From Podarcis melisellensis (lineage: Eukaryota), in NCBI GenBank assembly GCA_964234715.1, contig OZ174280.1: a stretch of DNA of 64,000 nucleotides. The stretch is one strand, 5' to 3'. Below, in pieces: positions 11,879-24,200 of the stretch. Each line of letters starts with the position of its first letter. Positions within the stretch are counted from its first letter, which is position 1. Made by a program: the position numbers and the translations under genes. Below the pieces are notes generated by a model. It saw nothing but the letters and a program-made list of their open reading frames with translations. It was not told the origin of the DNA and made no database searches.

Positions 11879-12003
11879 TTGTTATTGTTGTTTAGTCGTG
11901 TCTCACTCTTTGTGACTCCATGGACCAGAGCACGCCAGGCACTCCTACCTCCCGCAGTTTGGTCAAACTCAAGTTGGTAGCTTCGAGAACACTGTCCAAC
12001 CAT
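11879..12003 (-). mobile_element. BovB 3'-end fragment
   Basis: Reverse complement matches 1430-1565 of the BovB copy in this window, including the (CAA)n tail. Confidence 0.88.
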
Positions 12004-12011
12004 TCTAAGTA

Positions 12012-12248
12012 CAGTGGTGCCTCGCAAGACAAAATTAATTTGTTCTGCGAGTTGTTTCGCCTTGCGATTTTTTTGTCTTGCAAAGCGCGGATTCCCTGGG
12101 TATTAACGGTTTTAAGAAAAAGGAAACAAACTCGCAAGACGTTTTCGTCTTGCGAAGCAAGCCCATAGGGAAAATCGTCTTGCGAAGCAACTCAAAAAAT
12201 GAAAAACCCTTTTGACTTGTGTGTTTTTCATCTTGCGAGGTACCACTG
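12012..12248. mobile_element. Tc1/mariner-type MITE
   Basis: TIRs CAGTGGTGCCTCGCAAGA / TCTTGCGAGGTACCACTG flanked by TA dinucleotides (12010-12011, 12249-12250); internal TCTTGCGA repeats. Confidence 0.88.
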
Positions 12249-15209
12249 TAGATTCTAAGTAGAAGGCTTAGGGTAAAAAAACAGCTAGTGCCAGGAAGAT
12301 ATCTGGCTGGGAAAGAAAATTGGAGCCATCAAGTGTCTTCCTCCAGTACACGCTTCCCTTCCTCCTGCCTGACTGCTGGTTTGAATTTGAAGATTAGTTT
12401 GAAGATTCAAAATTTATTCTTCCTCTTTTGTGGTGGGAGGGAAACAGTCTTCACTCTTTAGTCCATGCTGCTAGTGTTTTCACCTTACTTTCTGATGTTT
12501 TAAGATGCGCCCCCTCACTTTTAGTATCAGAGCTGAGCTGAAGCGGAGGGGCATCATAAAACAGTGAAGTACATAGCTAAGGCAGGGAAGGTAGTAGATT
12601 TTGCTCCCCAAACTTCTTTTAGAGTAAAAGGTTAATCTTCTCACCACCACTACCCTACTTTATATTCAAACTTTCACTGAGCATTTAATACACATGTGTG
12701 CATTTGGTTAGGCCCTTAGTCTCTTCAACTTTTTGCCACCTGCTATTTCCTCAGCTCCTTTGAATGTGTATGCTCTTTCTGCGTGTACTCAAGTGTGTAC
12801 TCACTTTCTTTAGACAACTTGACCAGTTTTGCACTACCAATAACACACAAACTCTTTCCCCTTTCATTAGCTCATTTTTTATCTCACTCTTCTAAAACAT
12901 CTTTTTCTGTTCTTGTTTTCCTCAGACCCCTCTCTGCCTTATCCAACCTTCCCTCAGCTTTCCATTTCTGGAATACCTTCCTTTAGCCTCCATGTGTTCA
13001 GGCTGCTTACCTGTGAGTGCTGCTTCCTCCTGGGACCTCTTCCTGCTGAGCTTTCCAGTCCACATTCTCCATGTGAGAGATTTTGTTTTGTTTACTTCAT
13101 CTGGCAAAGTTGGAGCAATATGAAGCCACAGCCTAATAATCTTCCTCAGCAGATGGAATGTTCACAGAAACTGTTAAACCTCACAGTAGCTCAGCCAACT
13201 CAGGAACCAGAGGCTTCATTGCCACTGCTTTCAAAATTGAAACAAAACCTCTTAGAAATGCACCACAGAATTGATTGTCCACATTTAAAACTGGGATTAG
13301 AGAAGGCTGATCAACTAATGTAGCTTAGCCAAAAATAAAAATGCATAAATCCACAGAATAACAAAGAGATATGGCTCATGTAGTTCAGCCCTGAAGTACA
13401 AACATAGCCAAAGAAAGAACACTTTGAATTAATTGGTTTAAAATATGCATTTGCTCAAATAAAGGTATTATTTCATACAAGAAAACATTATTGTAAATTC
13501 AGATTGCAATCGATTCTATTTGTTCCACATAGAAGGTTCAGATATGATCCAAGTCTAGGGGGTGTGGGGAAACTCTCCTACCCCTTGCCACTTAAAGTAA
13601 TATTTTCATTTATTAGTTTCGCCGAAGGCAGAAAGTTCCTCTCACTCATTCTGGCTATGATTGTGTCTGAGAGCAGGAATAATTCTGGTCCCTTCAAACA
13701 GCTGTCTACTGCTGCCCTCTTGCTGGTTTTTAATAAGTAATCTCCAGCCAGGAGCAGCCATGGTAACAATAAATGTGTCACCAGCCTTACATGCTTCCTT
13801 TGGTGGTGATTCTAGACCATTTATCATCATAAAAAATGGCTTGTGTCATCCTGAATGATATTAAAAGTTGCTCCAGGACTTTAGTAATGAAACAACGTGC
13901 CTGCCAGACCTATGGAGAAGCTGAGAACACACAGCGTTTCCCTCACAGCTAGTCGTCAGTCATCTGCTTGCTCTCTCAGGATAACCAAAGTTTTTTAGAC
14001 CGTATCTATGGAAGTCTTTGGAGACCAGGCAGCAACATTTTATTAACTTGTCTTTATTTCTTCTGTTCCAAAATTTGCAGGTGCTACTGTCTCAAACCTT
14101 AGGAGTTCCCAAGAATAACTGACATTTCTCATCAGTGGCTCAGAGGTTTTCCGGAAAATTTCCCAGCAATTCTACTGGTTCAATAGGACCATCCTAATTA
14201 AATGCTGAGAAAGGAGAATTTGACTCACATGGTCATTGAGGTCTGACCTGGGCAACTTTGCCAAACAAGTGGCTCACTAGGATAGACAGTTATTTTTGTT
14301 TTATAGCCCAAACCATCCATGTGACTCAGAATAGATTATAATTTTAAGTAAGTACATGGATCCCTGTCCTTCTAGGGCTTGAATCAGTGTCTATTGCTGG
14401 TGACAGCGCTGTTTCTGGTGGTTAATGCTTTTTTCAGCCATGGCATGCTAATGTGAGTAAAGAGTCTCTATAAATATGACAAGCATGCTTGGTTTTTCCT
14501 CAGGATTAGAGATACCCAACGTAGCCGGAGGGGTGTGTTGGTCTTCCCTCAGAAGGTGATCTGGGATCACGCTAGAATCAGATCTCTGCCCAGCATAAAT
14601 TTTCAGTTCTAGGCAAGATTTTAAAATACAACTGTACTGTTTCAAACAAAGGGGTCATTTTCAACATGTATGCCCTGTATTAATATTAAAATAAGCCCAG
14701 TAAGAAAAGCATCAGTTCAGTTAGTGATGTGGGCTTACTGGCGGGGGGGGGGCGGGGAATAAATTGTGAAAATTTCCATAAACATTTCTGGAAAGTTTTC
14801 CACGGCCCTAAATCAGCTGGTATTTGATTTTGCATGTAGATTTAACGGTAGTAAATCTATGAAAATTGTATGCTGCATCTGGCTTATTACCAGATAAATA
14901 GGGTTAGGCTGTTTGCAGCAGAAAACTGAAGAACAATTGAACCCAATAATAAACATGAAGATGAATGGCTGCAATACTGTCCATGCTTACACTGGAGCAA
15001 ATTCAAATGAAACCAGTGAGATAAGTAAACATGGCTAGAACTGGGCTCCACATTTCCCTGCCTATTAGTAGTACCCCTTTCTCGCCATGGGTCTGGTGCT
15101 ACCTTACCCTATGCCAAATGAATGGTATCTTGTTACTGGCAAACCAGAATTTATTCTGGAATGCATTATGCCTTAAATTCATGTTCCTCATAGTCAACAG
15201 ATGAGACTG

Positions 15210-15352
15210 CCTGGTAGATAACACAGTGAAAGGACAGTGCTCTTGTGCTTAGATCCTGCTTGCTGGCTTCCCACAGCCATCTGCATGGCCACTGTGAGAA
15301 CAGGATGCTAGACTAGATGGATCGTTGGCCTGATCCAGCAGGCTCTTATGTC
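15210..15352 (+). mobile_element. CR1 LINE 3'-end fragment
   Basis: GGCCACTGTGAGAACAGGATGCTAGACTAGATGG..GGCCTGATCCAGCAGGCTCTTATG; related reverse-strand pieces at ~17398-17470 and ~53283-53370. Confidence 0.65.
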
Positions 15353-15785
15353 TGTAAGGCCAGTCTACGGATATTAGTCTCTCTCTGGAAACCATTCAAA
15401 GATTAGATATTATATGATTAAAGATTAACAGTCCCAGCCTCTGCTAGGTTCACTTTTAAGAGTAATATAGAAATAAACATTTGGGCAATTGTCGGTTTCT
15501 GTAACTCTATTGCCCCTGGTGTGATTCTGTCTGTCATGCATCTCTTAGAGGCGGCCAATGTAGTGTCCTCCTGAGGCTGGTGGAGCACAACTGGCATCAC
15601 CCCTAACCATTGGCCACTCTGGCTGGGGATGATGGGATCTGTAATCCCACAATATCTGGAGAGCTGTAGGTTCCCTATCTCTTATTTAGTCTGGACACCT
15701 GTGCAGAAAAAAGCCTTCTCCCTCCAGTAACCCCTGCCTAACTTCCGAATTGTTACTAAATTATTACCGGTATGTACAACATGCC

Positions 15786-15915
15786 TCTCCCTTCTTCATT
15801 GGATGTTTTTAAACAGAGGTGGCCATCTCTCTGGGATTCCTTAGTTGTGACTCCTGAGTCGCAGGCTGTTGGACTAGATGTCCCATGGAAGTCCCTTCCA
15901 GCTGTACGATTCTAC
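15786..15915 (+). mobile_element. CR1 LINE 3'-end fragment (second subfamily)
   Basis: TCCCTTCTTCATTGGATGTTTTTAAACAGAGG..GTTGGACTAGATG..GTCCCTTCCAGC..GATTCTA; related minus-strand piece at ~18886-18955. Confidence 0.6.
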
Positions 15916-16289
15916 AATCTCTTTGGTAAAACAATAAACAATACAGATTTGCCACCTCGCCAGTTTAAAACCGAGCCATATTGGAATTGGGCTCCAGCGT
16001 CAGCGCTGAGAAGTAAATAAAGAAACGACAGTAATTTCTCCTTGCGTCGAGTAAATTCAACCAACATGTTTTCGCTTTCAGGGCTTAAGTAAAATGAAAA
16101 GCAGACGTACAAAATAATAACAGGGTATCGCGCACGCTGCTGTCCCCTATATCAACAAACCCTTATGCCGCTTCTCCTTTCAATATGAAGGCTGTTATTA
16201 GATAACCCCCTCACCAACGGTGGAGACTCCCTCCCTCTCTCAGCGTCTCCCCACAAACACAAAGTCTGCTTAACGACAAGGCTCCCTTC

Positions 16290-17420
16290 CTCACTGATTG
16301 GCTATTATGGTCGAGCCGATTCGCACATTTCTCCTTGCTGACTGGATCGGAACTATAATTACAGTACGTGAATCTCGTTGTGGGCGGAGACCGCTTGGGA
16401 ATATGGAGTAAGGGGCGGAAAAAAGAGAGCGAAAGAAAGACGAAGCGGTTTCTTTACTGACTCGAGCGGAGGGGGCGGCCTATGGTCGTTCGAACAAACA
16501 AAGTCGCAATATCGCCTCGCGCAGCCGTAAAATAGCGTCGGAACTACTTTCACAGCAGGGGGCACTAATCCGACCAGTCGTCGCGACGGCGAAGGGGGGG
16601 CCTGACGGCGGACGAGACTTTTGTGATTGGCATTGCAGATAGCCTATGAGACGGTAACGGCGATCCAAGCGGTCGTGGGGATTGGACTGTGACTGGGAAG
16701 CGCCCCCGACGCAACCGGGAGGGGGCGGAGCATAGGACGGTTTCGGCCCCAGGCTAATACTCGAGCCTTGGGCCTTGGCAAAGGCGGAGGTGGTGCTTGT
16801 ATGCACGTAGGTGAGTACGAATGAAGGGGGCTTTCTTGGGGGAGCCGTGGCCGTGCCGGGGGCGGGCGGCGGACTGACTGACTGACTGAGCCGCGAGGGT
16901 AGCGAGAACGGGGGAGTGGGAAGCGAGGCGGGTCCGGGTGGGGCCCCTCTCGGTTGGCCTGAAGTCGCGTTTGAGAAACGGGAACCGTCGAGAGCAGCGG
17001 AAGACCGTCCTTTCGGGTGGGAGTGGATGGAGGGTGGGTTCCCCTCTCCGCTGGATTGATTTCTCAGAGCCGCGCCGTGTGGTGCCAGGCCCTGGCTTCA
17101 TGAGTGGAAGGGGCGAGGGACGGCCGGTCTCGCCGCCTCCGCGCACAAGCGAGCGACCCGATTTCCCTCCCCTCCCCTAGGCCGGGTTTTGTAACCGCAG
17201 GCGCAGCCCGAGGCAGCCCAGCTCTGGGTGCTCCTACAAAGATGAGTGCTGTTAAGCCCCTCACGTCTCGCAGCGACGGGCGCAGCTTCCTTTCTTCTCC
17301 TGGAGAGGCAGGCCTCCCTCCCGTGTGTACAAAACCAAACAGGCCCGGCCCATCAAACAGTCCCGCACGTGCCCCTGTCAAGGAGACATCCTTCTCCTAA
17401 GAAGAGCCTTGCTGGCCGTA
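16290..17420 (+). promoter_or_regulatory. KDM4A: KDM4A CpG-island promoter
   Basis: Sharp rise in CpG density; ATTGG (CCAAT) boxes near 16296, 16626 and 16681; GC boxes (GGGGCGG) near 16411, 16472 and 16722; CTCF-like ACAGCAGGGGGCACTA at ~16552-16567; lies 1.3-1.8 kb upstream of the KDM4A ATG. Confidence 0.88.
16738..16810 (+). other. KDM4A: probable non-coding exon 1 of KDM4A (5' boundary approximate)
   Basis: Strong donor TAG|GTGAGT at 16810/16811 inside the CpG island, just downstream of the CCAAT/GC boxes. Confidence 0.65.
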
Positions 17421-18126
17421 ACACTGGGTCAGACCAAAGGCCTGTCTAGTCCAGCATCTTATTTCCCACCGAGAAGAACCAGGTACCCCGAAGAAGAACA
17501 CGAGCGCAATAACCCTTTCCTGCTTGTTGGGCCATCAACGATGAGATTCATAGCCATACTGCTGCCTCTTTCCCCTAGGCTTCATGGCCTTTTAGGATTG
17601 ATAAATGTCTTTGTTGGAGGAGAAAGTAACTCTTTGGTGAGAAATGTAACTCAAGCTCCCATGTCAGGAAATGCCCTCAATAAAACAAAAGCAAAAGCAT
17701 CGTCATACCGTATCCTCTGTAGCCAACCATTAGAACACCTTCCAGTATCCCAAGCGTGAGAATGGTGGGGTCTTTCGCAAACAGCAGTGTTGGCAGTACA
17801 CCCTGGTACTTGTTTTCTGACGGGGGATTTTTACAGTATGACAGATGTTTAGGAGGCACAAGCTGTTGAGAAAAACATGGTGAAAGTTAGGAGGATTTTT
17901 TCCCCTCTCTCATTCCACTCCCAAGATAGTTGGGTTTAAGTTAGTGATCTTTGGGAAATGGGAGGGGAAATGCCTTCATTGATGTTTAGCATTCTTTATA
18001 TATTATGCTTAAACTATCCTGGATAGGCCTGATTTGATTATTTATTTGTGTTATTTGAATGGTTGTTTGTATTAGTGCACTTTTTTCCTGGTTCACATGT
18101 GACAAGGACAATTGTGAACAAGAACC

Positions 18127-18264
18127 ATGGCATCTGAATTTGAGAACCCGAATCCAAGTGCGAGAATAATGACATTCCACCCAACTATGGAAGAGTTCAA
18201 AAACTTCAGCCGTTACATTGCATATATAGAGTCGCAAGGAGCTCATAGAGCTGGACTGGCAAAG
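18127..18264 (+). CDS. KDM4A: KDM4A coding exon 1 (JmjN start)
   Basis: ACCATGG Kozak context; [46 protein letters not shown]|gtaaaa. Confidence 0.96.
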
Positions 18265-21200
18265 GTAAAACAGACCACAAAAGTGTTCAAAATGTTCTCT
18301 AGTATGATTCAGAAAAATATAGTGTATAGTTAACTTACTTACATGGGGGTTATATTCCAGAGATCACACCTAAAGCCAAAATCATGTTTAATCCAAACCC
18401 ATTATGTTTAGTGACAGGTAGGATTGCCAAATTTTCCCGGAATGCCACTCCCTTTCTGCATGTTTTATTTTTTTTACATAAAGCTGAATGAGCAAATGTG
18501 CCTAAGTTGCCTTACTGTACCCTGTTGAGAACCACAGCATAGTGCTAATGAGAAATGCATTTTGCAGTGAAGACGTGTCTTTAGAAAGTTATGATGCACA
18601 GCTGCATGCCGTTGATGCTAAGGAAATAGTTCTTATTTTCATTACAAATAGGTCTTAATATTCCTCACTGATAAAAATTGAGTTGTCTAGATTTTCACGT
18701 TATCTAATACTATTTGCTTCACAATATTTGAGATGAAGGGTAATCCCCCCCCCAATATTAAAAGTTGAGACAGTTGAATGACTGTATAATTCTAACCATG
18801 TCTACTCAGAAGTATGAGCTATTTAATTCATTGAGGCTTAGTCCCAGCTAATTATATCAAAGCATTATGCCAATGAAAACTATATTATAGAATTGTAGAG
18901 TTGGAAGGGATCCTGAGGATTATCTACTCCAACCCGCTGCAATGCAGGAATATGTAGTCGTACCCGTGGAATAATATCTTACGAAAGCATGTGCCTTACT
19001 GGGTTACTTCTACAGGTTTTATTTACTTGCTATTTTGAACCATTGTATCATTTGTCTTTTGAACTTTCTAGGTTGTTCCTCCAAAGGAATGGAAACCACG
19101 CAAATGGTATGATGATATTGATGATGTGAACATCCCAGCTCCTATTCAGCAAGTGGTCACAGGCCAGTCAGGCCTCTTCACACAATATAACATCCAGAAG
19201 AAAGCTATGACAGTTCGGGAGTTCAGGAGGATAGCAAATAGTGATAAGTATGAAAGTTTAAATACATTTCTATTCTGTAATTTTGTCTATCACAGTGATA
19301 GCCAACATGGCACCTTCCAGATGATGTTGGATTACACCTTCAATTCCTGGCCATTTTAATTATGCTGAGTGTGGCTAATGGGAGTTGTAGTCCAAAACAC
19401 ATGGAGGGCACTACATCAACTACCTGCTCTAGTTTCTTTTTTTAAATGACTGCCAAGCAATGCCCATGTATGACTTGTCCTTTAGTTTTAACAAAAAGAA
19501 CAGATCTTCATACACAAAGGCATGAGTCAGCCCCAAGGATCCCCTGCTGCACATTACAATTCTTGCACCCATAAGAAACTGATGTTTCGTCCTGTTCTGT
19601 GGATCATAGGAATTGTGTTTATCCCTGCTGACCACCCAGGAACACTGGTGTTCTTTGTCAAAGATTATCACCAGAATAATTGTGATAAAATTATCCAGTC
19701 ATGTACTGTATTTCTTAATGGTCTTTTTCTTCTCAAATTATGCAAATCAGTTTTTTGGCAAAGAACTTGAGCCTGATTGCATAGCGTATAAACGTTATTA
19801 CTAAAAGTAGAAAAGAACAAGAATGGAACATTTGGCTTCTTAGTTCTGCATGTTTATACTTATACATATTCCCTCTATCCACAGTGCTTATCTAATCTGT
19901 TTTCTATAATACATTTTTATTAAGACTAATCTGTTTGTTTGTTTTTAAAAAATGACTGCTACTTTTTCTGACATTTCTATGAGATATGCCTATGAAAAAG
20001 AAAGTGAAAAGCAACTGCCTTCTATTTTAGATACTGCACCCCTCGATATACTGATTTTGAAGACCTTGAACGCAAATATTGGAAGAACCTCACATTCAAT
20101 GCTCCAATATATGGTGCAGATGTTAATGGCACACTCTATGACAAGGTAAGAAGCAAACTTATGAATAGGTGTCTCTAACTTGTGTATGGTTTACCTTGTT
20201 TTCAGTAGTGATTACAAACTCTTAACCTTGATGCTGAGCTCTAACCATTGTAGGGTGTCACTGAAGCAAGTGCAGACTTACCTGTCCCTGTTGCTGAAAT
20301 TACCAATAGGGCAAGGAGCAGAGGTTAGCATTAAACAGGGCAAATAATATTAGTTATTACAGCTGATAAGATGTTAATTGCTTGTTTCTGTTTGGCTTCA
20401 TTTAATTTCTTCAGCATGTAGATGACTGGAATATTGGCCATCTGAATACAATTCTTGATGTAGTAGAGAATGAAAGTGGCATTACTATTGAGGGGGTGAA
20501 TACACCATATCTCTACTTTGGAATGTGGAAAACATCATTTGCCTGGCACACAGAGGACATGGACCTCTACAGCATCAACTACTTGCATTTTGGGGAGCCC
20601 AAGTCCTGGTGAGAGAACCTGTTATGGAAAAGCATTTTGTATATAACCTTTACTTAGATTTACCATTCTGTATTTCTAGTAAGAGTCTCATGGGCAAGCA
20701 AACTTTCTGACTTCCTTAGTTTGGAAAAGAACAAAATTGGCCTATAAATGTTGGTAGCTTAGCAATTGAAATTATTTCTCCATTATTTCCTATTATTATT
20801 ATTATTACTACTACTACTATTATGATATCTAAAGCTCTTAAACCCCAAGCTCCCTTATGCTTTTTGTTTACTTAACGTGTTTGTGACTACAGGTACTCCA
20901 TTCCTCCAGAGCATGGGAAGCGGCTGGAACGCCTTGCTAAAGGTAACCATCTCTTTCTGTCTCAGTGGATGTATGCAGTTGATTGTTTCTGAAGAGCCAT
21001 AGGATCTACTTTCGCTTTAACGCTACCATGGCAATAACCCTAATCCAGCATTATAAACCTAACAGCAGGGAGGAAGAACTTTTTGCACGTGAGGGAAAAA
21101 CCTTTTCTAGTGCAGCAACTTACCCTAGTTCCCATACAGTTCAACTGACAGGTTAGTGGAGTGATGAAATTTATTAAATCACAGTCAGTTTCTGAATGTT

Positions 21201-24200
21201 GAAATGAGCAATGTTGGAAGACTATTACCCTTGCACAGCTCCCTTTTCTTTTTTAAGGACTACATAGGTGAAGATATGGACAAACATTCATCTTTTCTTG
21301 TATCTTCAATGAAAAGTTAGTTCCTCAATTGCTATGTCCTTGCAGCTGAAAGAGGAAGCATTATTCATCAGCACAATCCAGTAGATCACTGTAATAATCT
21401 AGTCACAATGTATAAATATACAATATATAATACAACAGTGATGGTTGTACTGCTGGGGGCTAGTTTTGGCTTCCTTGGGCAATGCCTGACATTGGAGAAA
21501 TTGGAAAACCATTTTGAGAAGAGACCTTGGATGTGGGGAAGAACTGTACCCCAGTGTGTAGTGCACATATCCTTCGTAATGGAGCTCCAGGTTCAGTTCT
21601 TGGCATCTCCAGTTAAAGACTGAGCAGGGCTGGGAAATGTCTCTGCTGAGACACTTGGTCTCTGAATGAGTGTGTGGGAAGGGAAATTTCTTTGTGGTGG
21701 TAACCAATCTTAGAATATGGGAATGAAGTGTTTAATTTTATTCCTAAACTCCTACTTGGAGGGGGCGGGGTTTGAAGTTAGGCTGATTGTCTTAATTGTA
21801 ATCTGTTTAGGCTTTCAAAATGTTTTTTACTCAGCTTGATTAAAGGAAATCCTCTAGTTAGCTTCACTTTCTTTGGAACCCACAAACAAGATGCAGCTTC
21901 TATTAAGAGTCTAAAAAACGGATATTAATCTCCACCTTAGTTCTTGGGGGTTTTATTGTGAGGTGTCCCCCTTCTCCCTTTTCATTATTTTGATCCTTAT
22001 TCTGAGTCTGTGACATAATTTGTATTGTGCTATGAGATGAGATAAGGAAAGACTGTCCACCTTTCTATTGGAAACAAGTGGGTACAGTCACCTTTGAGAG
22101 AGCATGATAATGGTCTGATTTTTTTGCAGTCTTGTCTCTCTCCTGCTTGAGTAGCAAGAGTCAAGAATAAAGCATTAAATAATGTAGCCAAAGGGTATTT
22201 ATGTGAGCAGCCCTTTTCATCCAGGAACATGTATAACATCTTTACTTAAACAGGGTTCTTTCCTGGAAGTGCCCAGAGCTGTGAAGCTTTCCTTCGTCAC
22301 AAGATGACCCTAATATCTCCATCAATATTGAAGAAATATGGCATTCCATTTGACAAGGTAAGAAAGGAGCATTGGCATTACTTCAGTTTTAGAATACATC
22401 TAAGGAAGCATCAGGGATCCTTGTAAGATGACAGGAATTGGATTTCTGAGAAGTTGATGAAAACACCAGAAAATACAAAATCTCTTATGAGATCCCTTAA
22501 ACTTTGGCCTTCCTAATTTCTAGAAAGGTCTGGTCTTAAACTTACTGGACAAGCTAGTTTTCTTCTGCAAGTGAATTATAAGGTGCAGGGTTTGATGCTG
22601 TGCGGAGGGATGTAGCGAATTATTATTTGTTTGATTTGTGCCTACTTAGCATAACATGCCTTAACATAGGGGTTGGCCACATGTCTCTATTCTAATAACA
22701 GTTTCACAGTTCTAATTGAAATGGAAAAGGCACTACTATAGCATTGAAATATAGTTTTAGTCACTCAGTCTCAGCTGATACATAATTTGTCTAAATATTT
22801 GTTTACAAATGTACATGTGGCCAAATAAAATTTTAACTAAAATGTATGTTGCACCTCATTTCTTTTTCTTTCCAGCTTGAAATATGTCATATATAGTTCA
22901 ATTTGCAGAAGTTCTCAGTCTCCTAGAAATTTGTGAATAGTGCAAGTAGATCAACCTTTGACAATTTAATTATTTGAGCAAAAGGGTAATTGAGCCCCAT
23001 GATTTTGGATTCATAGTATTAGAACTTACAAGTAAGAGATAATGTGAAATGCATTAAGTGGCCTTCCTGTCTTACAGGTGACCCAAGAAGCAGGTGAATT
23101 CATGATAACCTTTCCTTATGGTTACCATGCTGGCTTTAATCATGGCTTCAACTGTGCTGAATCTACTAATTTTGCTACACTTCGGTGGATTGAGTATGGA
23201 AAGCAGTCTGTACTAGTAAGTGTCAATTTGCTTGGGGAAAAAAATCCCTACTTAACAGCTTGATTTTTTGAATAGGGATCTTGGAACTACTGTATTTTTA
23301 TAACAAATATTTTTGTTGGTGATTCTGGGCTGCAAAGTTGAACCAGCCAGTTTAGTCTTTCTAAGATTGATTATGCTTAAAAATGTGCAGTGGGAGGACT
23401 TGATTAGAGAACTCTGGAGTCCTTTACACCTCTACCCCATTCTGGTAAGCAGCCGTGATTGTTGGTATAGGGAGGGCTCTGATCTTGCTTCCATCTTTCC
23501 CCACATTGGCCAAGTAAGTAGCCACAAGTAGCGTCAGGGCAGCTGTATGGCACCACTGCTCTGGCTGCTCCTGCATAGTCCCCCAAATAGAGGCAAATCT
23601 TGCTTCATCTACTGTATAAAGCACAAGGCTTGTGAAATAACAAAGTGGTAATGAGACTTGTTGAGTTTCCCAGTACTCTTTATATATGTTGGGGTGTTTT
23701 TTTTTTGAGAGAGAGATATTTTATTGAACCTCCCAGTGCTCTCCCATCCAAGGGTCTGATCAGAGCTGCACACAGATCAGAGCAGTGGGGCCATTCACTG
23801 GGTCCTTTTTTATTTCATCATTAATCATTTGTTACACCAACTAACAAATGTGTTGATGTCAGAATACAGCTCACAACTGGTCTTGTACTTTTGATATTAA
23901 GAATATTAGACAGGAATTGGATGTACAAACTTATTACCCAGCACTCCCCAAATACATTTCCATTTACTCAGTAGAGCCCCCTACCTCTGTTATCCACTCC
24001 CTTTTTGCACATGATTATTTTCAATCTCAAGTCTGTTTAGGGAAGCTTTTAATGTTTGATGTATTGCAGTGTTTTTATTTTATTTTTTTGGAAGCCGCCC
24101 AGGGTGGCTGGGGAAGCCCAGCCAGATGGGCAGGGTATAAATAACAAATTATTATGATTATGATTATCATTATTAAGTCTAGTACCTGCTTATTAGTTCT

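Noticed and set aside
16359-17759. Many overlapping ORFs on both strands
   Set aside because: Expected in a CpG island; low-complexity P/R/G/A products with no recognisable domain
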